This document shows, piece by piece, positions 11,712-23,780 of a DNA stretch of 64,000 nucleotides (its first letter is position 1; each line of letters starts with the position of its first letter). The DNA comes from Camelus ferus (lineage: Eukaryota). Under the pieces are notes generated by a model. It saw only the letters and a list, made by a program, of their open reading frames with translations, did not search any database and was not told where the DNA came from. The stretch lies in contig NC_045698.1 of assembly GCF_009834535.1 (NCBI RefSeq), positions 7,504,001 through 7,568,000 of the forward strand, given 5' to 3'. The position numbers and the translations under genes are program-made.

Positions 11712-12236
11712 TGTAGGAGTCACTTTTCCAAAAGTCAGAACCAATGGGAGGCACATACTAAGAGAGTTATCTGAGGGAACTGGCTCACGTGATTCGGGGG
11801 GTGGGTAAGCCTGGAATCTGTAGGACCAGCCAGTGGGCTGGAAACGTGGGCAGCAGCGGATGCTGCTGTCTTGAGGCTGAATTCTTTCTTCTCTGGGAAA
11901 GCTCAGCTTTGGCTCCTAAGGCCCTCAGCTGGTTGGATACAGCTCATGTTTTTGGTGATAATCTCCTCGTTGTGGGGAGTGATGGAAATGTTAGCTAGCT
12001 TGATTGTGGTGGTGGTTTCATGGGTGTCTACATCTATCAAAATTCATCAAATTGTCCATCTGGAATATGTAGTTTACAGGAACCATACCACAATAAAAGT
12101 GTTTAAAAAAAATAAAGTCAACTGCTTATGGATGCTAAGTGTATCTACAAAAGACCTTCACTGTCGGCCAGATTAGAGTTTGATTAAATCCCTGAGTACT
12201 AGACCCTGGTCATGTTGACACAGAAAACTGTCGTAG
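11712..12236 (-). mobile_element. MLT2 (ERVL) LTR, interrupted by a short L1 3' end
   Basis: agaaccaatggg...gggaactggctcacgtgatt...ataatctcct | taaagtcaactg...atgttgacacagaaaact. Confidence 0.7.
11970..12112 (+). mobile_element. Short 5'-truncated L1 3' end with AATAAA and A-tail, nested in MLT2
   Basis: gtgatggaaatgtt...cttgattgtggtggtggtttcatgggtgt...tcaaaattcatcaaattgt; AATAAA at 12092-12097; A8 tail at 12105-12112. Confidence 0.75.
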
Positions 12237-12364
12237 AGGAAGAGGCCCCCTGTGGGGAGGTGGGAAGTGCGTGGGTGCTGAGGGCCAGGAGACCCAAGGT
12301 GAGGACTTCTCTCTTACCAGCTTCGGGGCCTCAAGCCGTCCCCTCCTCCACTGTGACTACCATC

Positions 12365-12490
12365 TATTCTGTAATAAACTTTTATTAAATGCATGCCTCT
12401 ACCAGCCAGAATGATGTGTGTTAAGGAAGCAAAGACGACTAAGATGTGCCTCTGTCCTGGAGAAGTCCATAGTCTGGTAAAGATGACAGA
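12365..12490 (-). mobile_element. L2 3' end fragment
   Basis: aataaacttttattaaatgc...tgcctctgtcctggagaagtccatagtctgg pattern. Confidence 0.45.
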
Positions 12491-13032
12491 CTCATGACCA
12501 ACTACCACCAGCACGAAAAGTGAAGGACCACACATTTCTTGCAAAATAAGAACCATAGGTGTCCTTACAACACATCTCGGAGGAAAAAGGGAGACGATAA
12601 ATAAGTGAGACACCAAGTGCTTTGCCAGTGACAGTTACTGTTAGTATTTTTAGAACATTTTAGTAGCATCAGCCAAGTGCTTCAAAGTACCTTTGTGGTC
12701 TGGCCATCACTCCATTGCTGAAAAGCCAAGAAATCTTATCTCTATTAAAAAAAAAATCCCACGGTTCAGGAGCTGAGTTTAGGTGGTTATATTTAGGAAA
12801 GATGAACCATTAAGTGAAGCTCTCATAGGCAGGTTGTGTTATAACAGTAAACACATGTGAGGTGACTGTCACATGTGGGTTCATCCTGGTGGCACAGTTC
12901 CAGGGTGGAGGCGGTTGCTAGGTTTTGGAAGTTTTGCCTTTGATCCATTTCATTGACTTTCGTTTTCTGCCTGTGGAAGGAAAATATCTTCATTGCATCC
13001 ATCCATTCTTGTCTCTGCTTTATGGTTTTCAG

Positions 13033-13862
13033 GGGCAGATGTCCTGGCCAGGGACTCCCGCCGTGGGATGACATCCCAGGAGTGGGCGGCTTTCACAGGA
13101 CGGTTCGAAGCCGTCCGCGTCTTCCAGAGGCTGCTGGAGCGACCCTGCGCGGAGCAGTTTGGGGAAAAGTACAAACCAGAGCTTCCACTGCCCCTCGAGG
13201 CGGGTCCGAAGCCTCCGGGCTCCAAAAACTGCTTGCAGAGGCTCACCGAATTTGTGCGGTCTGCGCTGACCTCCCGCTCGCGCCAAGGCCTGGAGGATGG
13301 AGGGGTTATGGACCACATGGTCAGGATGACCACGAGCCTCTACAACCCCGCCGTGGCCATTGTTTGCCAGACCGTGTGCCCCGAGGACCCCCCCTGTGTG
13401 GGAAAAAGGCGGCTGGCGGTTCAGGAAATCCTGGCGGCGCGGGGGGACCCGGACACACAAGCTCAGGAAAGGGACAAGGCAGAGGGCACCGAGCAACCAT
13501 TCCGGACCTCCCCGGCGGCGGGGGTCTCCAGAGAGGAGACCCTCAGAGCCAGCCTCCCGTCTCCCCAGCTGCCAGCTGCCCCGCGGAGGGCCAGCCTCCT
13601 GCCCCTGCAGCTGCTTCGGCGGAGCAGCGTACGGCCGGGCGTGGTCATCCCCAAAGTGCGCATCAGCAAGGCGCCCGCGCCCACCTTCCAGCCCGAGAGG
13701 GCGGCGAGGGGCAGCACCAAGGACAGCGCCCACCTGCAGCTCCCCAAGTGGCGGTACAAGGAGGCCAAGGAGGAGAAAAGGAAGGCGGAAGAAGCAGAGA
13801 AGCAGCGGCTGGCGGCGGCGCAGAAGGAGAAGCGGACACCGTCCTGGAGGAGAAGGACGTGA
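13033..13862 (+). CDS. ANKRD33B: ANKRD33B terminal coding exon (CDS part, to TGA)
   Basis: Acceptor ggttttcAG at 13031-13032. Reads (G)[23 protein letters not shown]...[10 protein letters not shown]...[24 protein letters not shown]...[23 protein letters not shown]...WRRRT*, matching the recalled ANKRD33/ANKRD33B C-terminus. Proximity to DAP favours ANKRD33B. Confidence 0.95.
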
Positions 13863-14100
13863 GAGGGGCAGCCGCCCGGAAGGTGCGTCCGGCGCGGGGA
13901 GGCAGGACGCCCAGGCCCGCCGCGGAGGTGCTGCTGCCCGGAGCCCCAGAGGAGGCGGCGGGGAGGCCGTGCGGCTCCGTCCCGGGAAGGATGCGCCTCC
14001 GGGCGCCCCCCGCCCCGGGCTTGCCTTTCACTCGCCGCGCACCCCTGCGCCCACAGGCTCCTTCAGGGGCCCAGAAACCGGTTCCTGTCTGTTTGGGCCG
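13400..14100. other. CpG/GC-rich island over the end of the ANKRD33B CDS and proximal 3' UTR
   Basis: Visibly dense CpG and very high GC (e.g. 13860-14060) against a CpG-depleted background. Confidence 0.65.
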
Positions 14101-16034
14101 CACCAAGAATGAACTGGGCATAAACACAAATCAGTCTGCGTAAAATCAGTTCGGCTAGCATCAGTACACCTAGTGGGCATTTTGCCTGAAAGTCTGCCTT
14201 TAAAACCTTAATTAAGAAAATTTTAGGAGCAGTTTATCAAAAGAACATTTTCTGCGTAATTTTGTATTTTTAATCACAATCAGATTTACAGCATTTTACC
14301 AGTGTATTTAAGATGGTTTTTAACACATTTGCCTGAAGACCCTTTGTTTAAAATACCGTTTCTAGCAATAATTAGTTGTAATATCTCTGATTTCGCACAG
14401 AATTTGTGACACTCTCCCCCTTTTTTGCTGTTTGTTTTGGTCTCTGCCTTTTCATCTCATTGTGGGTGCCCATGAGCACTGCATGTTCTGAATTTGATCA
14501 AGTGATGCTGAATGTTTGTTTCTACTTGGTGGAGGCAATTTACTTTTACAGAAAAATGATCAAGTAAGATAGAAGAATCAGATTTCCTTGGATCTTAGTT
14601 TTTAAGCTCTCTTGTCCATACAGTGGTAATAATGAAGAAAAGCCAATCATCAAAGTATGAAACAGTGCAAAGAGAAGCACATATTTATTGCTAGAATTAA
14701 GTTCATTTTAAGCAAGGGACTTTTGATAAACTGGATACAAAGTCTTGAACACATTCAAGAATAGACATAAGAGAAAAAAACTTGTTTAATAAAATGGGGG
14801 TAAATTTAATGAATTATTAGGAATAATAAAATTAAGTCATATATGCTCTTAGGTAAATTGAATTCAGATATCTCAAAATGTAAAAAAGATGCAAGAAGAA
14901 TAAGGAACCTGGAGTTCTGCAAACTACTGAACTAGGGGGCGGGGATAAATTCTTAGGGGGTGGGGGCTTAGAATTGAATATTAAGCAAACATGTTTCAGG
15001 CAGATTCTCCTGGAGTGAGCTCGGTTGTTTCCTCCTCGAGACTCAGTTCCAAAGGAACCCCTGGTGTGGAAGTGCTTTTACTTCCCTTTGATGACTGCCT
15101 CTGATGTTCATTTCACCCTCACGCCGGCTTTGCAGAATTCCCAAGGTGTGGGACTTTGGCAGCGCACGTGTGTGATTTGCCCTGGGCCCTGTGCTCTCCG
15201 AGAGAGTTTTCTGTCCCTACCTTTTATCTCCAAAGCACTGAGAAATTCTAATGAATCTCTGCCCATCTGGGCTGTAGAGTATCTGTCATATATGCACTAC
15301 CAACAGCACTTTATTTAAATATTATCCTTCTTGGAAGCCATAGACTTAAAACATTATAGGCTGATTTGGAAGCTCTTTATTATAACTCTGGATTCGCAGG
15401 GGAAATCGTGCTCCCTGGCCATGTGGTGATGAGTGCCGGTCTGTCTTGTGATGTGGGTGGGTGGCGCCAGCCTCCCCTCCTCTCCTCCCACCCACGGGTG
15501 TTGAGTGTCTCACACTCATCTCTCCAAAAACCTCAATAAACAGGCTGGCAGGCTGCACCCAGCCTGTTGGGAGACAGGTGTGATGATAACACAGCTTTTA
15601 AAGCCAGATTTTAGTGAGTTCCTCCCTCATCCCAGAAAGACACAAGAAAAGTGGCACAAAGGGCAGGACCCACTCTGAGCATCACTGGTATCAGTCAGTT
15701 GGCTGTGAGTCACCAACTTGCCTATGAGTAGGGGTTGGCCAAGAACTCTTGGGTGAGATGAGAGCTGGTCCCCGAGATGGAGAGAAACACCCCTTGTCTC
15801 CCTGGCAGTTCAGTCCTTTGAGATATTTTTTGTGTTGATACACCCTCATTGCTTTGAATGGCTGGCTGTATTTTTCTCATTAAGGGGTCACTCCCTGCCC
15901 CCTCTCTTCCAGTGCCGGTGACAGACAGGGGCACTGATGGGTGGCGACCTCCTTCTCTCCACATGTCCCCTCAGCTCTGTCACCACATATGGTCCCTACT
16001 GTCCCTTCTGTCTCCTTTCCTCCTCACTTGCTTG

Positions 16035-16262
16035 CTCTTTCTTTTCTTTTCTTTTCTTTTCCTTTCTTTTCTTTTCTTTTCTTTTCTTTTCTTTTCTTTT
16101 TTCTCTCCTCTCCTCTCCTCTCCTCTCCTCTCGTCTCCTTTCCTTTCCTTTCCTTTCCTTTCCTTTCCTTATTTTCCTTTCCTTTCCTTTCCTTTCCTTT
16201 CCTTTCCTTTCCTTTCCTTTCCTTTCCTTTCCTTTCCTTTCCTTTCCTTTCCTTTCCTTTCT
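16035..16262 (+). repeat. Compound pentanucleotide polypyrimidine microsatellite (CTTTT)n(CCTCT)n(CCTTT)n
   Basis: Seen directly; about 230 nt almost free of purines. Confidence 0.97.
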
Positions 16263-19200
16263 GCCTATTTTCTGCTCCAGATTTGGCTAAATGCCTTGAT
16301 CATCCCTGGCTCCACTACTCTGAGGTTTGAAAAGGGCAGAAGAGGAAGGCAATCAAGGGAGATCAACAGTGTCCCTGTTGGATTATCCTGTTATGTCCTC
16401 CAAACCCCCAAGGGTGGACGGACGGCAGATTTCGCCAGCTGCTTCTGTGTAGAATTTTGGCACAGTCCCCCTACCTCGCCCCACCCCCATTTTTTTTTCT
16501 TTTAGGAAGGGAGTCTCAGTTTGCTCTCCTGACCAATGACATCACCGCCCCGCTGTACAGAGCAGCGGGCTCTGGTGTCTGCTTGCTCTCCTGACGTTTA
16601 TTAACTGTAAATAGTGAATTTCAAGTTGACAGGTACCTTCTCAGGGATTTATATATAAACATAGTTAGGGGGGAAAGTCGACGTCTATTTTAATATTTTT
16701 TAGCATTGAGTGAGTTATGATTAAACTGGACAGAAGAACTATTTCTAAGACAGTGTCAGTGCTGCTCTTTGCCAGGGTGATACCTGGGAACTACCCCTCA
16801 CATTGGGATTTGACTATTGGAAGCCCAGAACTCTGGCAGCTGAAATGGCTTTGGAGTGGATGTGAAGTCACTCCTGAACCTCTCAGTTACCTCTTGTGGA
16901 TGTGAACCCTTGTATTTAAAAAGAAAAATTCGACCTCTCTGTAAGTAGAGGTGACTGTGACATGCAGGTAGACTCTTCTTCATCGCTTTCGCCTCGAGAA
17001 CTGGTTACTCCCCGTCTGACCCCGGGGAGCATCGTGTGCGATGACAGTGCTTTCTGTTTGCTTCTGTGAATCTCATGTTCCCCAGTCAGCCCAGCACCAA
17101 GCTCCTTGCTGGGAGGGATGAGGGAAAAACTGGGAGAAATTTCCTCTGGAAGGACCTTGGTGTTCAGAGGCCATAAACTTTCCAGGTCTTTGGCTCCACT
17201 GGAGAAATGCAACCCATACGATTATGGATGTTCATGACTTCTTCTGAAGTGCCTGCCCACAGGCTCCTGGCAGCACCAGATACCTCAGAAGTACGATCAG
17301 AAATTGCAGTCCTTCGTCATCTCAACTTCGGGCACTCCTGAGACTCGCTCCTGCTGTGGAGAAGGAGAGAAAGAGTTCATGATGTCCGTGGGCAATTGGG
17401 ACTTGTGGATGCGGAGCGCCATCCCGGCTGCCCCTGCCCCCCTCCTTCTGCACTGTCAGTGGGCGACCAGGTCTCTGGAATTCCCCTGTCTGAGCAGAGT
17501 TGAGGCCGTTGTCTGTGAAACTGAATCCCGTGAGGTGGGGCCAGACACCAGTCCTGAAGTGGATGCAAAGCTGGCTGTCTCCAGGGAAGAACCATGGGTA
17601 CCGAGTTATCATGAAGAAAAGGTGAATAAATGAGCCAAGACTCAGCAGTAGGTATGATTTGTCTCGTGCAGCCTCCGGCAGGAGTACTGTCCCCACCCTC
17701 ATCTGCACACACTACATCAAGACCGGCTTCTCGTAATTTCCCCAGTTTGCTCTGTGAGACGAGGTCCTGCCCTGACGTCTGTCAGGTATTCCTACCCGCA
17801 GGTTCCCCTGAAGACTCATGCTCGCTCATTTCCCACCCTAATGCAGGACTGTTGTTTCCGGCACTGCTGGGATTTATCAGGGACTGTTGCAAGCTCCTAG
17901 TCACCATCAGTCTTTTCTAGGATGAAGCGCTGGCACTTTTTCTTTCTTACAGGATTTGGGGAAATTCTAACGCGCCATCCAAGCATTTGCTCGAGAGCCT
18001 TTGTGTCCTGTTGTGAGTAACTGGATTCTGCCCAGGGCTGTGGGTGCCCTGCACACAGGACCCCTTAGAGCCCTGGTCCGTGTGTCTGGTTTTTGTTTCC
18101 TCAACAGCAGGTTCCTGCTGGGCCCCTCTGAGCCAGGCAGCTGCCCGCTGGACCACGGTCTTCTGGGGAGGGAAAGGCAGAAGAACCCTCACCACCGACC
18201 CTTATAAAACCACAAAGTCCTGCTCACGACCACAGCTGACGTCGGGTACCTCCTCGTGGCAGCGGGGGTGCTGTTGCCATAAACAACTTCCAACAAAACA
18301 GCTCTTCCTGAAACGCTGACAGCCATCCTCTCAGCGTCGTGTCTCTCAATGACTGAAAACTTGTTTCCAGCGTCTCTGTACCTCTTGAGTCAGCTCCTCA
18401 CTTCTGTGTCCTTGAATTCACATGTTTCTTCATTAACATTTAGAATGAGCAACTAAAAAAATTCCTCTGGAGGTTTTTTGAAAGAAATGGGGGGCAGAGC
18501 AAAAAAAAAAAAAAAAGCCCACCACTGCCTGGTTTGATTGAGCTAGTTTTCGAGGGACTCAATTGCATGTCAGTGCCACGTGCACGAGCTCCTCCCCCGA
18601 GCCAGGGGGAGATCAGGCTGACACCCTGCAGGACTCTGACAGCCCTCGGCGGCGAGCGGATGTGTGTGATGTGATGTGAGTGTGCACGGACACACACGTG
18701 CCCGCACACACACACACAAACTGGAAGTCCAGGTGCTCACAAAAGTGACTGCTGCTGTGGCTTCCAGGTGACGCCAGGTGTGACCTGCTTGGATGGCATG
18801 TACTGAAGGATGGACCAGCCCAAGACCCACTGGGAGCCCTCCGTCCAGTGTGACGTGTAACACAGCCAGTGTGTCCCAACCCAGGTCTTCTTGTTGCAAG
18901 GTGGTGTTGGCCCAGGCGGCTCCTGTGGGACCACCGTTTCCATCTAGCTGGGCCACCTCTCTGCTGCTGATGGCACATCCTTGGGGTGGAGTGGCCGAGT
19001 CAGGGTGGACTCTCGGCTTGGGGAGCCCCACCAGGCATTCAGCCCCTGGCCACAGGGTGAGAGCTGAATCTCTTGTAGTTTGGTGCCAGGCTAAGCACAG
19101 AATCAGCATCTTACCCTGAAGAGGCACCGGGATGTCCCCCAAGTCTGCCAAAGTATCAGATACTCTAATTCATCAAAGTGAACACAACCTGGTTTTTGAG

Positions 19201-20140
19201 AGAAATCGGTTCATCATCATGTGACACCTTTATACTGGTTTTGATGAAAATGTAGGAGAGAAACCAAATGCAGCCAGGACCCGCAGGCACAGCGTGGCCT
19301 GTGTTGGTGTGATCCTTTATGAAATTTTGGGAGGTCGCATTGAAGCACTTTAACACCAGTTTTTGAGCAGAAGTTCTAGAAGCTGGAACTACATGAACTG
19401 GTTTCATCTGTTGAACTGGATGAAAACCAGAAAAAGATGCTGTAAACCTGGGGGTGTTACCAGTAACCCCGTGAGCCTTTGGGCCACCCTAAGGAATTTG
19501 AATAACAGACCCCATTCAAATGAACAGGTCAAGCTGATCTCACTGGATTTTTTTTTTTTTATTTGAATCCTTGTTCTGCCTGGCATATACCAGGTGTCTG
19601 AGGATGTATGTTTTTAACAAGGGTGACTTTGTGACAGGTTAAGAATTGAATGGACTCTGCACAGGTGCCAGGTACCAGTTTATGACGTGCGGGAATAAGC
19701 TCTATTTTCTGAATGTAAAGCTATTTTCATTGACATTTCTAAAAATCCCATAGGCTTCTGGATATTACAAAAATGTTGAATAAGGATATAATTGTGTAAA
19801 TTTCAAAGTGCTTTATTTTGAGGTGAGAGTTTTGTTACAGTTTATAAAAGATATTTTCCTATTTAGACCTCAGGGCTATTTGGGGATCTAGAAATAAATG
19901 ACTCCCAGCAGTTTCAATCCTTGATATCCAAAACGTTAATCATCTTTAAGATAAATATGATATATTATTCAGCAGAAAGAATGTGTCTTTCCCTTTTAAC
20001 TCCTAACAAACTCTGTATCTAAAGTTTAAAAAGTAGAGAAAAAAAGATGTGTGAATGTAAAAATGTGGGGAAATTGTGGCTACAGAATTAAAAATCACTT
20101 GTGACATAAACATTCTTACGGTACAATGGTGTGGTATTTA

Positions 20141-20146
20141 AATAAA
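20141..20146 (+). terminator. Candidate distal poly(A) signal of ANKRD33B
   Basis: AATAAA at the end of an AU-rich block, followed by GT/T-rich sequence; repeat-dense DNA starts about 100 bp later. Confidence 0.45.
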
Positions 20147-20267
20147 CCTAAGTGTGTGTAAATTAGAAAAATGATAAGTGAAATACACCAATATTTTTAA
20201 TGTTACTTATTTTGATCAAAATGGACGTGTACTTTATCTGATCTGCTTTTATTTCTCAAAGGTAAGA

Positions 20268-20432
20268 TTTTTGTCCTTTTTTTTTTTGTTTGTTTATCTT
20301 TTTGTTGTTGGGGGTGAGTAGGTAATTAGATTTATTTATTTAGTTAGTTTTAGTAGAGGGACTGGGCATTGAACCCAGGACCTTGTACATGCCGAGCATG
20401 CACTTCACTACTTGAGCTATACCCTCTCCTGC
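20268..20432 (-). mobile_element. tRNA-derived SINE (camelid Vic-1-like) with 13-bp TSD
   Basis: Reverse complement has a tRNA-like head (ggtatagctcaagtagtgaagtgcatgctcggc...ggtcctgggttcaatgccc) and an A-rich tail; TSD ctcaaaggtaaga at 20255-20267 and 20433-20445. Confidence 0.9.
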
Positions 20433-20479
20433 CTCAAAGGTAAGACTTTTAAATTCATAAGTTACCCATGAATACTTCC

Positions 20480-21700
20480 CACAGGTTAAAATAATCTTGT
20501 TATAGTCTCCTCCTTCTCAGAAGTACCCACTGGGACGGAAGCTTCCTTCAGCTGTGTCTCCGCATATTTATTTACATGTGTCTATAGAAAGACATTTAGT
20601 TTTGTTTCTCCATGTATTCTTTTTACCTAAGTGCTACAGGATAAATGTTGTTCTTTAGTTTCTTTTCTTTACTCCAGACATGTCCTTGAAAAGCTTTTTA
20701 AAGAGCTTAACAATTAGTTTCATATTCTTTTCACAGCTGAAAAAAAGTAATGCTGCAACACAGGAGAAACACACCAAACACCGTAAAAGATGAAAAGTGA
20801 CCCACCCTCTCCCGGGCCAATCCCTCAGATGCTGTTTGTGTCTTTCTAGAAATGTATTTTTGATGTCTTCTCCCCTTCGTGTGTACACAGGAGAGATGGT
20901 GTTGTCTGCAGTCTCATCCTCCGTTCTTGTTGATTGCTGTGCAGCGTTTCTCTGGAGAGCTGCACCCTGGTTCATTAAAGCATCCCCTCCCAATGGACTG
21001 TTAACACTGCTTCCAGTTCTTACCACTTGCACTTACCCAATTGTATACATGCGTATACACGGGTGAATGCTTCCCCAAGACAGGCGTGTAGAGGTGGGAC
21101 TTGCTGGATGGAAGGGGAGACGCGTTTTAATTTCAGTAGTCACTGCTGTGTTGCCCTTTTCAAAGGCTGCTGAGTATTTCCCGCTGGCAGTGGACAAAAA
21201 AGGCCACTTCCTGCCTGCAGCAACAGGTTTGCAGCCACGGTTCCAGCCAGGGACATGAAAGGCAGCTGGAAGTCCCAGGCTGGCCAACCGAACAACCTGC
21301 TGTTTGTCAGACAGCCTAATGTTGGCCAATCTGCTGGTTAAAAGTGGAATCTCACTTGAGTTTTTATTTCCTGTTTTAAAATCTATTTTTATTTGTTTCT
21401 CATTTTTAAAGGATTTTACTTTTTGGTGTCTTTTTTTGCTGGTTTGTAGGAGTTTGCTATACATTTTAGGTCACAAGTCTTTGACACACGCTGTGTCTCT
21501 TTTCCTCACGTTATATCACTAATCTTTAAGGTATCTGGTATAAAAGCTTTAAATTATGATTTAGTCAAACTTGCCAAACTTTTTACTTTATATTTGCATT
21601 TTTTTTTATTGAAGAAAGCTTTTCCTACCCCAAACCAGCAACGTTGTTCTTCTACAGTTTCATCTAATGATTTGTGGGTACTTTTCTTTTTAGCTCAAAA
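20480..21700 (-). mobile_element. Highly diverged old L1 (L1ME-like) fragments
   Basis: Scattered antisense L1 motifs (gaggtgggacttgctggatggaagg; ggtttgtaggagtttgctatacattttagg; gaagaaagcttttcctaccccaa). Confidence 0.45.
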
Positions 21701-23179
21701 AAAGACATTTGTACACAATTCATCACTTAGGCTATTTTTGATGGGACCCAAAACCAAGCAGCTCCTATTTATTTGGGAACTTCTACTCTGCCTTTGGGAA
21801 ATCTAAAGTCTAACGCATTAAAAACCATAATTCTCATTAAATTCTACTCACCCCAAAATCATAATTATTAAGGAAGGACATAAATAGGAAGCCCAGTTTT
21901 AGATAAAGCTTTGTTCTGGGCCAAGAGTCTTATTGGAGGTTATTTGTATTTGTGGTTTGTGAAGGAGCAGATGGCGGGAAGGTAACATACAAGGGGCAGT
22001 CCTTATTAAGCTAGCAGAGGGTCTAAGGCGAGCAGAGGGATGGTCCTCAGGCAGTGCGTTCCCCGGATGCTCAGCTGTCCACTGGCCTCTGCACTGGGCA
22101 GCCGTGTGGTCAAGAATGTCACCCCTGAGACCTCGAGGGCTTCTGTGTGCAGCCCTGGTTGCCCCTCACAAAGGCCCTTCACATGGTCACTGGCTCCCAG
22201 CAGGTCACTCTTGCTGCTTTCCTTGACACTGACCACTGACCGGACTGGGTTCCAGCTAGGGACATAAAAGGCGGCTGGAAATCCCAGGTTGGCTGACAGA
22301 ACAGCCTTTGATGTGCAGATTGCTCAGGTCAGTTGTCAGCTTGACCCAGAGGTCCCAGTCCCAGGGCGGGCAAACTGTCCCTGCAGCAGGGGTGACCGAT
22401 CACAGGCATGGGGCGGCCACCTCTGCCCATCCCGCATCACCCAGTCAGCCTGTCTGAGCTCATTACTGTGCTCACTTAAAAAAAAAACAACAAAAACCTA
22501 ACAAAATGTTAACACATTTTTCTGGATTAAAAAATTTAAATATATCAAGCACACCCAAATCCACCTTGCTATTTCAAAAGCATTATTCGAAACACAAAAT
22601 CAGGGAATCAGGGAGCAGCAAGAATATGATGTCAACTTTTCATGAGCTCTTACTGGAAAAAGCGGCTTTATTAGTGCCAGGAGCCTACTTGAGAAGCTAG
22701 ACCAGAAAAGCCCCTCTCTGGGCCACCAGAGACAGGAGGGCTCGGGGACATGGATTGTGGTGGGGAAGCTGTCACCCGAGAGTGGAAAGGGTTGCAAAAG
22801 GTCTTCACTCCCTGGGCAAAGGAGTCCCTTGGCTGGGAGCCCTGAGCCATCCCAGGGCCACTTCACCCCTGTGCCTGGGGGTGGGATGACCAGCTGTTAC
22901 CTTCCAACCTGAGTGGTCATTGAAAGATGCGAACGTGATGTTCTCCCTGACCAAACCCCACTGGAAGGGGCAGCCCTTGGTTGAAGTGCATGATGCCTTC
23001 TGTGGGGTGAGAGGTCACAGTCTGGGGGTCTGAAAAGTAATCACTCTCCTTCTGTCCCACTGCTGTTTCTCTAACTCAACACACTTCTGGTCCTGGACTC
23101 AGGCCAGGGGGCCCTTGAGATATCTGGGCAACTCTCATGTTCTCTGCAAGCCAGCAGACGGACGTCTGCAGTTGCATAA

Positions 23180-23780
23180 AGCAGTGATGCCCAAAGGGCC
23201 GCTCCCCAGGACCACCAGCAGCAGCAGCGCTTGGAAAACTGTCAGAAACACACCTTCCCGGGTCACATCTGTATGAGTCTCCAGTGATCACTAAAACAAA
23301 TTACCACAAACTTGGATGGCTTCAAGGGAGAGAAGTGTATTGCCTCGCAGATGGGGAGGCCGGAAATTCGAAATCATGGTGTCAGCAGGGCCAAGCTCCC
23401 TCTGGAAGCTCCGGGGAGGACCAGTCCCTGCCTCTTCCAGCAGCTGGCGGTGGCCAGTGGTCCTCGGTGTTCCTTGACTTGTGGCAGCCGCCGCCTGCCT
23501 GCCTCCGCCACCACACGACCCGCCTCCTCTTGTGTGTCTGTGTCCATATTTCCCTCTGTTTATAAGGTCACCGGTCACTGGATTAGCACCCACCCTAATT
23601 CTGCACGGCCTTGTGTTAACTGAATTTCATGTGCAAAGACCCTATTTCTGAATAAGGCCATGTTACAGGTACCCAGGGTCAGGACTTCAGCAAATCCTTT
23701 CGGGGGACACAACTCAACCTGCATCACCACCCCAGACTACTGAGTCAGAGATGCCGGGAGCCTGGGAGTGCATCCACCCA
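23180..23780 (+). mobile_element. MER5A-like hAT DNA transposon split by an MLT1 insertion
   Basis: Left half cagtgatgcccaaag...ggaccaccagcagcagcagcgcttggaaaactgtcagaaac; right half ccccagactactgagtcagagatg. Confidence 0.55.
23270..23726 (-). mobile_element. MLT1 (MaLR, MLT1C/D-like) solo LTR
   Basis: tgtatgagtctcc...aacaaattaccacaaacttggatggctt...ggtgtcagcagggcca...gcaaagaccctatttctgaataagg...gggggacacaactcaacc. Confidence 0.85.

Larger units (their letters stand above)
13863..20165 (+). other. ANKRD33B: Probable long 3' UTR of ANKRD33B
   Basis: Follows the stop codon, contains few recognisable interspersed repeats, has AU-rich blocks at 14.1-15.0 kb and 19.6-20.2 kb and several AATAAA. 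The end point is inferred, not seen. Confidence 0.55.

Noticed and set aside
13029..14127. Antisense ORFs over the ANKRD33B last exon
   Set aside because: Expected shadow ORFs of a GC-rich coding exon.
15502..15518. Perfect 7-bp hairpin tgagtgt-ctc-acactca in the 3' UTR
   Set aside because: Too short; expected by chance in 64 kb.
15858..16505. Long F/L/S/P-rich ORFs (215, 117, 129 aa)
   Set aside because: Translations of the pyrimidine microsatellite.
20340..20430. tRNA-like sequences considered as tRNA genes (also 28.2, 43.6, 47.5, 54.3 kb)
   Set aside because: A-rich tails, TSDs and degenerate stems mark them as SINEs.
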